A stretch of DNA of 64,000 nucleotides, taken from positions 110,396 through 174,395 of the forward strand of contig CAVRBT010000015.1 of assembly GCA_963719275.1 (NCBI GenBank), in the 5' to 3' direction. Below, piece by piece: positions 9,959 to 18,576 of the stretch; the stretch's first letter is position 1, and every line of letters starts with the position of its first letter. This DNA comes from an uncultured Actinomycetes bacterium (GTDB lineage Bacteria; Actinomycetota; Thermoleophilia; Gaiellales; Gaiellaceae). A program made the position numbers and the translations under genes. A model generated the notes under the pieces. It was given only the letters and a program-made list of their open reading frames with translations. It searched no databases and was not told the origin of the DNA.

Positions 9959-10730
9959 ACGCCAGGCACCTCTCGAGCGCGCGCTGCGTCAGGACGCGGA
10001 GCGCGTGCCGCCGGTAGCGCGCGGTGCCGCGGACGTCGTCGATCGGGCTCGCGGCCTCGGCGACGCGCTCCGGGAGGTCGTCGTCCACCGGAGCGGTGAC
10101 CAGCCCGGGCACGGGCCCGGCGGAGCCGAAGGACGCCCGCGCCTCGTCGCCCTCGACGAGCAGCGCGAGCGACACGACAGCGATCACCATCGCGTTGCGC
10201 GGCCCGACCTTCATGAACGTCTGCCGCGGGCCCGGTGCCCGGAGTCGCACGGCCAGGATCAGCTCGTCCGCCTCCAGCGTGGTTCGCTTCGGCCCGACGA
10301 TGAAGTCGTGCAGCGGCACCGTTCGCTTGCTGCGCTTGGAGGCGAGCTCGACCTCCGCGCCGTAGACGAGCAGCGGCGGCAGCGCATCCCCGGCCGGTGA
10401 GGCCGTGCCGAGGTTCCCGCCGATCGTGCCGCGGTTGCGAATCTGCGGCCCGCCGACGGTACGCGAGGCCTCCGCCAGCGCCCGCAACGGCTCCCGCAGC
10501 TCCATCGCCTCGGTGTAGGCGAGCCCGGAGCCGAGCCGCAGCGTGCCGTTCTCCCGGGACCAGCCGCGCAGCTCCGCGACCTCGTTCAGGTTCAGCAGCG
10601 CAGGCGGCCGCGCGCGGTCGAAGTTGAGCTCGACCATCACGTCGGTCCCGCCCTGGATCGGCATCGCGTCCGGCCGTTCCGCCTTCAACGCCAGCGCCTC
10701 CTCGAGCGAACGCGGGGTCAGGACGTCCAC
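9957..10730 (-). CDS. xanthine dehydrogenase family, FAD-binding subunit
   Basis: GTG at 10730 (VDVLTPRSLEEAL...) inside ORF 9957..11363. IQGGTDVMVELNF and GTIGGNLGTASPAGD match CO-dehydrogenase-flavoprotein-type FAD domains. The rest of the ORF is translation of the tandem repeat. Confidence 0.85.
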   Translation of the reverse strand: MDVLTPRSLEEALALKAERPDAMPIQGGTDVMVELNFDRARPPALLNLNEVAELRGWSRENGTLRLGSGLAYTEAMELREPLRALAEASRTVGGPQIRNRGTIGGNLGTASPAGDALPPLLVYGAEVELASKRSKRTVPLHDFIVGPKRTTLEADELILAVRLRAPGPRQTFMKVGPRNAMVIAVVSLALLVEGDEARASFGSAGPVPGLVTAPVDDDLPERVAEAASPIDDVRGTARYRRHALRVLTQRALERCLA

Positions 10731-10744
10731 GCGGGCAACCCTAC

Positions 10745-11004
10745 TTAGACGGCCGCACGGGCAGAGCCCGCATGGCCTCTTCTGGTCGGCGCCGCCGAGT
10801 CGGCGCCTTGGACGGCCGCACGGGCAGAGCCCGCATGGCCTCTTCTGGTCGGCGCCGCCGAGTCGGCGCCTTGGACGGCCGCACGGGCAGAGCCCGCATG
10901 GCCTCTTCTGGTCGGCGCCGCCGAGTCGGCGCCTTGGACGGCCGCACGGGCAGAGCCTGCACGGCCTCTTCTGGTCGGCGCCGCCGAGTCGGCGCCTTGG
11001 ACGG
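10745..11004. repeat. tandem array, 63-bp unit x 4.1
   Basis: Unit starts were read at 10745, 10808, 10871, 10934 and 10997. Units 2 and 3 are identical, unit 1 differs at 1 position, and unit 4 differs at 2 positions. Each unit carries two stem-loops (GGCCGCACGGGC-AGA-GCCCGCATGGCC and GGCGCCG-CCGAGT-CGGCGCC). Confidence 0.95.
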
Positions 11005-11018
11005 GGTAACGTGCGCCG

Positions 11019-12710
11019 ATGCCCGACCTCGCACGACGGCTGGCGGTGGCGCGCGGGGACGAGCCGGCCGACCTCGTCGTCCGCGGCGGCCGGGTCCTCT
11101 CCGTCTTCACGCGGGAGTGGCTCGAGACCGACGTCGCGATCGTCGACGGCCACGTGGCCGGCCTGGGCGAGTACGAGGGCGCGCAGGAGCTCGACGCATC
11201 CGGCCGTTACGTCGTCCCCGGCTTCGTGGACGCGCACATGCACCTCGAGACGACGAAGCTGCTCGTCGACGAGTTCGCGCGGCTCGTGCTCCCGCTCGGC
11301 ACGACCACCGTCGTCGCCGACCCGCACGAGATCGCGAACGTGCTCGGCACCGACGGCGTGCACTGGCTACTCGACGTGTGCGGCGGACTGCCGCTCGACG
11401 TCTTTTTCATGGCCTCCTCGAGCGTCCCCGCCTCGCAGTACGAGTCGCCGCGGCGGCCGTTCTCGCCGGGCGACCTCGAAGGCTTGCTGCGCCGGCGCCG
11501 CGTGATCGGCCTCGCCGAGATGATGAACTTCCCCGGCGTCGTCTCCGGCGACGAACGCGAGCTCGCGAAGCTCGTGCTGCCGGGCGCCCACCACGTCGAC
11601 GGCCACGCCCCGGGCGTCGTCGGCAAGGCGCTCAACGCCTACGCGGCGGCCGGGATCTACTCCGACCACGAAGCGTTCACGATCGAGGAGGGCCGCGAGC
11701 GGCTGCGAGCGGGGATGTGGCTGCTGATCCGCGAGGCCTCGGCCGCACGCAACCTGCAGGCGCTGATCCCGCTCGCCCGCGAGTTCGGCCCCGGGCGGAT
11801 CGCGTTCTGCACCGACGACCGCGAGCCCGAGCACATCGCCGACGACGGGCACGTGAACACGATGGTGCGCGACGCGGTCGCGGCGGGGATCCAGGCAGAG
11901 GACGCCCTGGTGATGGCGACGCTCAACCCGGCCACCTGGCACGGGCTCGACCACCTCGGCGCGATCGCCCCCGGGTACCAGGCCGACCTGCTCCTGCTGC
12001 CCGACCTCGAGTCGTTCGTGCCGGAAACGGTGCTCAAGCGCGGCGAGCGGGTCGGCGAGATCGAGCGCGTCGATGTGCCCGAGTGGGTGAAGCACACCGT
12101 CCGTATCCGCCACGTCGCCGCCCGCGACTTCGCGATCCCGTGGGAGGGCGGGCAGGCGCGCGTGATCGGCGTGATCCCCGACCAAATCCTGACCGAGGGG
12201 CTCGTCGAGGAGCCGGCGGTGGTCGACGGGCTCGCGGTCGCAGATCCAGAGCGAGACCTCGCGAAGATCGCGGTCGTCGAGCGGCATCTCGGCACCGGGC
12301 GACATGCGGTCGCCCTCGTGCACGGGTTCGGCCTGCGCTCGGGCGCGCTCGCCTCGACCTTCTCCCACGACGCACACAACATCGTCGTCGTCGGGATGGA
12401 CGACCAGGACATGGCCCGCGCGATCGGGCGGCTGACGGAGATCGGCGGAGGCGTGGTCGTGGTCGAGGACCGCGGTGTGCGCGCGGAGCTGCCACTGCCG
12501 ATCGCAGGGATCATCTCTGACGCACCGCTCACGAAAGTGGTCGAGGCCAGCCGGGGCTGCATCGAAGCGGCGGCGAAGCTCGGCTGCGCGCTCCCCTCGC
12601 CCTTCCAGACGATGGCCTTCCTCGCGCTCTCGGTGATCCCGAGCCTGAAGATCACCGACCAAGGGCTGGTCGACGTCGACCGCTTCGAGCTGGTGCCGCT
12701 GCAGGCGTAA
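11019..12710 (+). CDS. ade: adenine deaminase
   Basis: ORF 11019..12710 (563 aa). VVPGFVDAHMHLETTKL and the overall layout are typical of the adenine deaminase (amidohydrolase) family. Confidence 0.9.
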   Translation: MPDLARRLAVARGDEPADLVVRGGRVLSVFTREWLETDVAIVDGHVAGLGEYEGAQELDASGRYVVPGFVDAHMHLETTKLLVDEFARLVLPLGTTTVVADPHEIANVLGTDGVHWLLDVCGGLPLDVFFMASSSVPASQYESPRRPFSPGDLEGLLRRRRVIGLAEMMNFPGVVSGDERELAKLVLPGAHHVDGHAPGVVGKALNAYAAAGIYSDHEAFTIEEGRERLRAGMWLLIREASAARNLQALIPLAREFGPGRIAFCTDDREPEHIADDGHVNTMVRDAVAAGIQAEDALVMATLNPATWHGLDHLGAIAPGYQADLLLLPDLESFVPETVLKRGERVGEIERVDVPEWVKHTVRIRHVAARDFAIPWEGGQARVIGVIPDQILTEGLVEEPAVVDGLAVADPERDLAKIAVVERHLGTGRHAVALVHGFGLRSGALASTFSHDAHNIVVVGMDDQDMARAIGRLTEIGGGVVVVEDRGVRAELPLPIAGIISDAPLTKVVEASRGCIEAAAKLGCALPSPFQTMAFLALSVIPSLKITDQGLVDVDRFELVPLQA

Positions 12711-12770
12711 GGACGTCGCTTGCGATGTCCGCCTCAGGCCGCGTGGGCTTTCGCCCGCGCGGCCGTCTGA
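12708..12770. repeat. single copy of the REP-like element (reverse orientation)
   Basis: TAAGGACGTCGCTTGCGATGTCCGCCTCAGGCCGCGTGGGCTTTCGCCCGCGCGGCCGTCTGA is close to the reverse complement of the copy at 9900-9958. It starts at the ade stop codon. Confidence 0.6.
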
Positions 12771-12808
12771 GTTGGCCGATGAGGCGCTGAAGGTCATATG
12801 GTCGCGGC

Positions 12809-14119
12809 GTGAAGCGGCTCTTTGCAAACGCCTACGTCGTCGTGATGGACGACGCGGGGACGGAGCACGAGGACGGCTGGGTGCTCGTCGAGGACGACGT
12901 CATAGCCGCGACCGGCGGCGGTGCTGAGCCGGAGGCCGACGAGCGCATCGATCTCGCCGGCGCAGTCGTCACGCCCGGGCTCGTCAACACCCATCACCAC
13001 CTGTACCAGACCCTCACGCGCGCGCGGGCGCAGGAGGCCAACTTGTTCGACTGGCTCAAGGCGCTCTACCCGGTGTGGGCGCGGCTCGACGAGGAGGCCG
13101 AGCACGTGGCGGCGAGGACCGGCCTCGCCGAGCTTGCCCTCTCGGGCTGCACGACCGTCTTTGACCACCACTACGTCTTCCCGCGGGGAGCCGGCGACCT
13201 GATCGAGGCCGAGATGATCGCGGCGCGGGAGCTCGGCGTGCGGCTCGTGCCCTCGCGCGGCTCGATGGATCTCGGCGAGTCCGACGGCGGGCTGCCGCCT
13301 GACTCTCTTGTCGAGAGCGCGGACACCGTGCTCGCCGAGACGGAACGGCTCGCCTCGCACTACCCCGAGCTCGTCGTGGCGCCCTGCTCGCCTTTTTCGG
13401 TGACGGGCGACCTGATGCGGCAGTCAGCCGAGCTCGCGCGCCGGCTCGGGCTGACGCTGCACACGCACTTGGCCGAGACCGTCGAGGAGGAGGCGTACTG
13501 CCAGGAGCTCTACGGCTGCCGCCCGGTCGAGTACCTGGAGCGGCTCGGCTGGCTCGACGGCGACGTCTGGTGCGCGCACTGCGTGCATCTCGACGAGGGC
13601 GACGTGGCCCGTTTCGCCGAGACTGGGACCGGCGTCGCCCATTGCCCCAGCTCGAACCTGCGCCTCGGCGCCGGCGTCGCGCCAGTTCGCCCGATGCTCG
13701 ACGCCGGGGTGCGTGTCGGGCTTGGCGTCGACGGCTCGGCCTCGAACGAGCGCGGCGACCTGTTCCTGGAGGTCAAGCAGGCGCTGCTCGTCGCACGAGG
13801 CCGCGGCGGGCCGGAGACGATGACCGCGCGGGAGGCGCTGCGACTGGGAACGCGCGGCGGAGCGGCTGTGCTGAAGCGCGACGACCTCGGCTCGCTGGAG
13901 CCGGGGAAGTGCGCCGACCTGGCTGTGTGGCGCACCGACGGGCTCGAGCTCGGAGGCGCCGTCGACCCGGTCGCCGGCCTCGTCTTCAGCGGGCCGCACC
14001 GCGTCGACCGCCTCGTCGTCGCAGGCGAGGATGTCGTGCGTGACGGCCACCTCGTGCGCGGCGACGAGGACGAGATCGCACGCGAGCACCGCCGCGCGGC
14101 GGCGCGCTTCGCGGACTGA
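12809..14119 (+). CDS. amidohydrolase of the 8-oxoguanine deaminase / guanine-deaminase-like group
   Basis: ORF 12809..14119 with a GTG start. PGLVNTHHHLYQTLTRA...LFDWLKALYPVW and HLAETVEE are characteristic of that subgroup. Confidence 0.75.
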   Translation: MKRLFANAYVVVMDDAGTEHEDGWVLVEDDVIAATGGGAEPEADERIDLAGAVVTPGLVNTHHHLYQTLTRARAQEANLFDWLKALYPVWARLDEEAEHVAARTGLAELALSGCTTVFDHHYVFPRGAGDLIEAEMIAARELGVRLVPSRGSMDLGESDGGLPPDSLVESADTVLAETERLASHYPELVVAPCSPFSVTGDLMRQSAELARRLGLTLHTHLAETVEEEAYCQELYGCRPVEYLERLGWLDGDVWCAHCVHLDEGDVARFAETGTGVAHCPSSNLRLGAGVAPVRPMLDAGVRVGLGVDGSASNERGDLFLEVKQALLVARGRGGPETMTAREALRLGTRGGAAVLKRDDLGSLEPGKCADLAVWRTDGLELGGAVDPVAGLVFSGPHRVDRLVVAGEDVVRDGHLVRGDEDEIAREHRRAAARFAD

Positions 14120-15048
14120 TGTCGTTCCCGCCCGCGCGCGGCGAGCGGCTCGACTGGGAGGCGCTGCCGACGGCCGTTCGTTCGGCGATCGAACAGCGGC
14201 TCGAGGCGCCAGTCGCTCGCGCCGCCACGCAGCCCGGCGGCTTCTCGCCCGGGGTCGCGGCGCGACTCGAGCTCACGGACGGCCGCCGCTTCTTCGCGAA
14301 GGCGGTCGGGCCGGAGCCGAATCCCGATTCGACGGAGTTCCACCGCCGCGAGGCGAACATCGCCGCGGCTCTGCCGCCAGACACGCCGGCGCCGCGGTTC
14401 CTCTTCTCGGTCGACGACGGCGCCTGGGTCGCACTCGTCTTCGAGGACATCAAGGGCCGCGAACCGCGGCTCCCGTGGCGCGACGACGAGCTCGCCCGTG
14501 TCCTCGAGGCCCTCACCGACCTCGCCGAGGCGCTCACGCCGACGCCGATCGCAGCGCCGCCCGTCGAGGAGACGCTGGACGAGATGTTCCACGGCTGGCG
14601 CACGCTCGAGAGTCACGTCGACGACTGGGCGGCCGACCACCTCGACGAGCTGCGTGAGCTCGAGTCGCGGTGGGCGGATGCGGCCCAGGGCGACACGCTC
14701 CTGCATTGCGACGTGCGCGCCGACAACATCCTGCTCACCCCCGATCGAGTCGTCTTCGTCGACTGGCCGCACGCCTGCGTCGGCGCGGCGTGGATCGACC
14801 TGCTCGCGTTCCTACCGAGCGTCGCGATGCAGGGCGGGCCGCACCCGTGGGCGATCTTCGAGCCACACCCGATCGGCCGCGACGTGCTGCCCGAGCACCT
14901 GCAACCCGTGCTCGCCGCTCTCGCCGGCTTCTTCCTGCAGCGCGCGACGCTGCCGCCTCCGCCGGGGCTGTCCACGTTGCGTGAGTTCCAGCGCGGACAG
15001 GGAATCGAGGCACTCGCGTGGCTCCGGCGCAGCCTGGGCGCGTCGTAG
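14119..15048 (+). CDS. phosphotransferase (aminoglycoside phosphotransferase/APH-like kinase family)
   Basis: ORF 14119..15048; its ATG overlaps the preceding TGA. A kinase catalytic loop (LLHCDVRADNILL) and VFVDWPHA are present. Confidence 0.7.
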   Translation: MSFPPARGERLDWEALPTAVRSAIEQRLEAPVARAATQPGGFSPGVAARLELTDGRRFFAKAVGPEPNPDSTEFHRREANIAAALPPDTPAPRFLFSVDDGAWVALVFEDIKGREPRLPWRDDELARVLEALTDLAEALTPTPIAAPPVEETLDEMFHGWRTLESHVDDWAADHLDELRELESRWADAAQGDTLLHCDVRADNILLTPDRVVFVDWPHACVGAAWIDLLAFLPSVAMQGGPHPWAIFEPHPIGRDVLPEHLQPVLAALAGFFLQRATLPPPPGLSTLREFQRGQGIEALAWLRRSLGAS

Positions 15049-15060
15049 AGTTCGCGCGCA

Positions 15061-15351
15061 GTGGCCGTCTCGCTCTCCACGCACGTCCTCGACACCGAGC
15101 GCGGGCGACCCGGAAGCGGCGTGCGGGTCGAGCTGCGGCGCGGGGACGAGGTCGTCGCGAGTGCGGAGACCGACGGCGACGGGCGAGCGAGGCTCGCCGA
15201 GGAGCTCGAGCCCGGCCGCTACCGCCTCGCGTTCGAGCCGCCGTCGCCGTACTTCCGCAGGGTCGAGCTGGAGCTCGAGCTCGAGGACGGTCACCACCAC
15301 GTGCCGCTCCTCGTGTCGTCCTTCGGATGCGCGACCTACCGCGGCAGCTGA
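15061..15351 (+). CDS. uraH: 5-hydroxyisourate hydrolase (transthyretin-like)
   Basis: ORF 15061..15351 with a GTG start. LSTHVLDT at the N-terminus and the family-typical C-terminal YRGS. Confidence 0.9.
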   Translation: MAVSLSTHVLDTERGRPGSGVRVELRRGDEVVASAETDGDGRARLAEELEPGRYRLAFEPPSPYFRRVELELELEDGHHHVPLLVSSFGCATYRGS

Positions 15352-15764
15352 GCGTCGAGCAGCTCGCCGAGCTGTTCGAAGGCCGGACGCGGTTCGTCGA
15401 GCTGCTGGCCGCGCGCGAGAGCCCACTCGAGACCGCGCCGGAGGTGATCCGCGAGCTCGACGAGGCTGAGAAGCTCGAGGCGCTGAACGCCCATCCGGCG
15501 ATCGGCGGCGGCCGGCTGTCCGCACGGTCGGCCGCGGAGCAGGGTGCGGAGGCCGAGCCTGGGGTCGCGACGGAGCTCGCTCACCTCAACGAGGTCTACG
15601 AGGAGACGTTCGGCTTCCGCTTCGTCGTCTTCGTGAACCGCCGGCCGAAGGTGGAGATCCTGGAGGTCCTGCGCGAGCGCCTCGAGCGGCCGCGCGAGGA
15701 GGAGCTCGAGACGGCGCTCTCGGAGCTCGTTGCAATCGCCCGCGACCGCTGGGAACGCCAGTAA
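15327..15764 (+). CDS. uraD: OHCU decarboxylase
   Basis: ATG at 15327 inside ORF 15018..15764, overlapping the uraH end by 25 nt. Motifs: LNAHPAIGG and FGFRFVVFVNRR. Confidence 0.75.
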   Translation: MRDLPRQLSVEQLAELFEGRTRFVELLAARESPLETAPEVIRELDEAEKLEALNAHPAIGGGRLSARSAAEQGAEAEPGVATELAHLNEVYEETFGFRFVVFVNRRPKVEILEVLRERLERPREEELETALSELVAIARDRWERQ

Positions 15765-16912
15765 TGGACCCCTACGCGAACGAGTGGCTCCAATTCCTCG
15801 CCCGCTGGCTGCACGTCATGGCGGGGATCGTCTGGATCGGGACCTCCTTCTACTTCGTCGCGTTGGACAACCACCTCCGCGACAACGAGTCGTGGGAGAT
15901 CCACGGCGGCGGCTTCTACCGGATCGAGAAGTACGTGCCGGCGCCCCCGCGCCTGCCCGACGTCCTGCACTGGTTCAAGTGGGAGGCCTACACGACGTGG
16001 CTCTCCGGCTTCGCGCTGCTCGTCGTCCTCTACTACTTCAACGCCGACACGTACCTCGTGGAGCCGGGCGGACCGCTCGGGACGGGCTGGGCGATCGTCG
16101 TGAGCATGGCGCTGCTCGTCGTGGCGTGGGTCGTCTACGAGGCGCTCTGCCGGAGGCTCGAAGGTGAGCTCGAGCTGGCGGCGACAGTGCTGGCGCTGAC
16201 GACGCTCGCCGCCTGGGGCTGCTCGGAGCTGTTCTCGCCACGCGCCGCGTACGTGCAGGTTGGCGCGATGCTCGGCACGATCATGGTCGCGAACGTCTTC
16301 TTCGTGATCATCCCGGCGCACCGCGAGCTCATCCGGGCGAAGGAGGAGCACCGCGAGCCCGATCCCGCGCCGGCGCTCGACGCCAAGCGGCGGTCGGTGC
16401 ACAACAACTACCTGACGCTGCCGGTCGTCTTCGCGATGCTGAGCAACCACTTCCCGAGCGCGTACGGCCACAGCTACGCGTGGATCGTGCTCGTCGCGCT
16501 GATGGTGATCGGCGCCTGGATCAGGCACTTCTTCAACCTGCGGCACGCGGGGCGGACGGTCTGGTGGATCCCTGTGACGGCGGCACTCGGGATCGCGGCG
16601 GTGGCGGTCGCGATCCGGCCGACGGAAGACTCCGGAGCCGCGGCGGCGAGCGCGAGCGTCTCGGTCGCACGCGCGCGGGCGATCGTGCAGCAGCGGTGTG
16701 TGCCGTGCCACTCGGACCAACCGACGCTCGTCGCTGCCGCGCCGCTCGGGATCAAGCTCGACACGCCGGAGGAAATGCACGCGCAGGCGGCGGCGATCGA
16801 GCAGGTTGCAGTCGAGTCGCGGATCATGCCGTTGGGGAACACGACCGGAATGACCTCGGCCGAGCGTGCCGAGCTCGGCGCGTGGATCCGCGCCGGCGCT
16901 CCGATCAAGTAG
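15764..16912 (+). CDS. puuD: membrane urate hydroxylase PuuD with C-terminal cytochrome c motif
   Basis: ORF 15764..16912, with a TAATG overlap with uraD. WLHVMAGIVWIGTSFYFVALDN, HGGGFYRIEKY, multiple TM helices, and CVPCH near the C-terminus. Confidence 0.85.
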   Translation: MDPYANEWLQFLARWLHVMAGIVWIGTSFYFVALDNHLRDNESWEIHGGGFYRIEKYVPAPPRLPDVLHWFKWEAYTTWLSGFALLVVLYYFNADTYLVEPGGPLGTGWAIVVSMALLVVAWVVYEALCRRLEGELELAATVLALTTLAAWGCSELFSPRAAYVQVGAMLGTIMVANVFFVIIPAHRELIRAKEEHREPDPAPALDAKRRSVHNNYLTLPVVFAMLSNHFPSAYGHSYAWIVLVALMVIGAWIRHFFNLRHAGRTVWWIPVTAALGIAAVAVAIRPTEDSGAAAASASVSVARARAIVQQRCVPCHSDQPTLVAAAPLGIKLDTPEEMHAQAAAIEQVAVESRIMPLGNTTGMTSAERAELGAWIRAGAPIK

Positions 16913-16969
16913 GTTGACCCGGGCCATCTCGGCAGGAGGTAACGGTCCTTCTCGATCCGACACGGTGCA

Positions 16970-17034
16970 TAGGACGGCCGCGCCGGCTGAGCCGGCACGG
17001 CCTCTTTGGTCGGCGTCGCAAGCGAGCGCCTTAG
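16970..17034. repeat. single copy of the REP-like element (forward orientation)
   Basis: TAGGACGGCCGCGCCGGCTGAGCCGGCACGGCCTCTTTGGTCGGCGTCGCAAGCGAGCGCCTTAG. It ends at the GTG chosen as the start of the next gene. Confidence 0.65.
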
Positions 17035-17441
17035 TGCTGGAGCTCGTGTCCGGAGACTTCCGTTTCGCGGGCCGGCTGGAGGAGGAGCTCGCCCCCGCGA
17101 CGGTCGCGGCCTTCCGGCGGCTGCTCCCGCTGGAGAGCCGCATCATCCACGCGCGCTGGAGCGGGGAGTCGTGCTGGATTCCGTTCGGCGAGATGGACGT
17201 TGGCTTCGGCCCCGAGAACGCGACGTGTTATCCCGCGCCCGGCCAGCTGCTGTTTTATCCCGGCGGCGTCAGCGAGACGGAGATCCTGTTCCCGTACGGC
17301 CCGACCGCATTCGCGAGCAAGGCGGGACCGCTCGCCGGAAACCACTTCGCGACCGTGACTGAGGGGCTCGAGCGCCTCCCCGAGCTGGGTCACAAAGCCC
17401 TGTGGGAAGGCGCGCAGCCGCTCCGAATCACCGAGACGTAG
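17034..17441 (+). CDS. DUF3830-like (cyclophilin-like fold) protein
   Basis: In-frame GTG at 17034 inside ORF 16866..17441. LELVSGDFRFAGRLEEELAPATVAAFRRLLP...HARWSGESCWIPFG resembles the DUF3830 family. The start is uncertain. Confidence 0.5.
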   Translation: MLELVSGDFRFAGRLEEELAPATVAAFRRLLPLESRIIHARWSGESCWIPFGEMDVGFGPENATCYPAPGQLLFYPGGVSETEILFPYGPTAFASKAGPLAGNHFATVTEGLERLPELGHKALWEGAQPLRITET

Positions 17442-17580
17442 GCCGTCTCCCGGTCCCTTCCCCCGCCCTCGGTCCCTTCCCCTCCCTTGGGTGGGGATCA
17501 GAAGTTCCACCCGCCACCCGCGGTCGAGCGTACCCGCGAAACGCGCACGTGTCTGTGACGTTCGCGTGCCAGATGTGCCG

Positions 17581-18567
17581 CTATTTGTCCACAGCCGTGG
17601 CAAGCCGGTCGAGTGCCGCAGTCAGCGCATCGACACCGAGCTCCACATCCCGTTCGGACGAGAGCTCCTCCGGCGAGTGGCTGACGCCGCCGTTCAGGCT
17701 CCTGACGAACAGCATCGCCGTCGGGACTCCCGCGGCCGCGAGCACCATCGCGTCGTGTCCGGCTCCCGAGACGAGCTCGGGGGCGTTCGGCAGCGCTGCA
17801 CGAAGCGCTTCGAGCGGAGGCCCGCTCATCGCGATCGGATCCTGTCGCCACACCGGCTCGAACCCGATTACCTCGATCAGCGCGTCGAGCTGCTCTGCGG
17901 TCGGCGCCCGCGCATCGACCGAGGCCGTGACTCGCGCAGGCACGACGTTCGCCGCCCCCGGCTCCACCTCGAGCGCCCCGACCGTCGCCCGCGCCCCGTC
18001 CCGCGCGGCGTCTCGAACTTGCAACACGAACGCCGCCGCCTCGACGAGGGCATCGGCCCGCTCGTCCATCGGCGTCGTGCCCGCATGGGCCGCCCGGCCC
18101 TCGAATGTCACGCTCCCGCGCGCCTGGCCGGCGATCGCCGTCACGATGCCCAGCGGCTCGTCAAGCCGCTCCAGTGTCGGCCCCTGCTCGATGTGCAGCT
18201 CGAGGAACACGCCCGGAAGCTCCGTCAGCCGCCGGCTGCCCATTGGCCCCGACTCCTCGGCGCGAAAGGCGACGACGCTGAGCGGCGCGTCCCCGAGCCG
18301 CCCGGCGGCCTCGATGGCTGCGACCACTCCGAGCGCGCCGTCGAACTTGCCGCCGTTCGGAACGGTGTCGAGATGCGAGCCGCTCCAGAGCCCCGCGTCG
18401 CCGCGACGGCCGAAGAGGTTGCCGACGTCGTCGCTCGCGACGTCGAGGCCGGCCTCCCGCATCCAGTCGGCTGCGAGCTCGTGCGCCGCGTCTTCCTCGG
18501 GGGTGTACGCGAGGCGCGTCCCGCCGCCGATTGCATAGAGCTCGTCGAGTCGCTGGAGGACGCGCAC
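17581..18567 (-). CDS. M20-family amidohydrolase (allantoate amidohydrolase / N-carbamoyl-amino-acid hydrolase type), compact 328-aa form
   Basis: ORF 17581..18567 with a GTG start. Motifs: SGSHLDTVPNGGKFDGALGV, LELHIEQGP, GRAAHAGTTPM. Confidence 0.75.
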   Translation of the reverse strand: MRVLQRLDELYAIGGGTRLAYTPEEDAAHELAADWMREAGLDVASDDVGNLFGRRGDAGLWSGSHLDTVPNGGKFDGALGVVAAIEAAGRLGDAPLSVVAFRAEESGPMGSRRLTELPGVFLELHIEQGPTLERLDEPLGIVTAIAGQARGSVTFEGRAAHAGTTPMDERADALVEAAAFVLQVRDAARDGARATVGALEVEPGAANVVPARVTASVDARAPTAEQLDALIEVIGFEPVWRQDPIAMSGPPLEALRAALPNAPELVSGAGHDAMVLAAAGVPTAMLFVRSLNGGVSHSPEELSSERDVELGVDALTAALDRLATAVDK

Positions 18568-18576
18568 CGCCGAACC

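Noticed and set aside
10745-11004. The 63-bp array as a CRISPR array.
   Set aside because: The units are directly adjacent with no unique spacers between them. No cas genes are present, and the same unit occurs as isolated single copies.
16866-17362. N-terminal extensions containing GVASERLS in ORFs 29080..30036 and 17006..17362, which look like a shared protein motif.
   Set aside because: The shared peptide is simply the translation of the repeat element in two places. The family-typical N-termini begin after the element.
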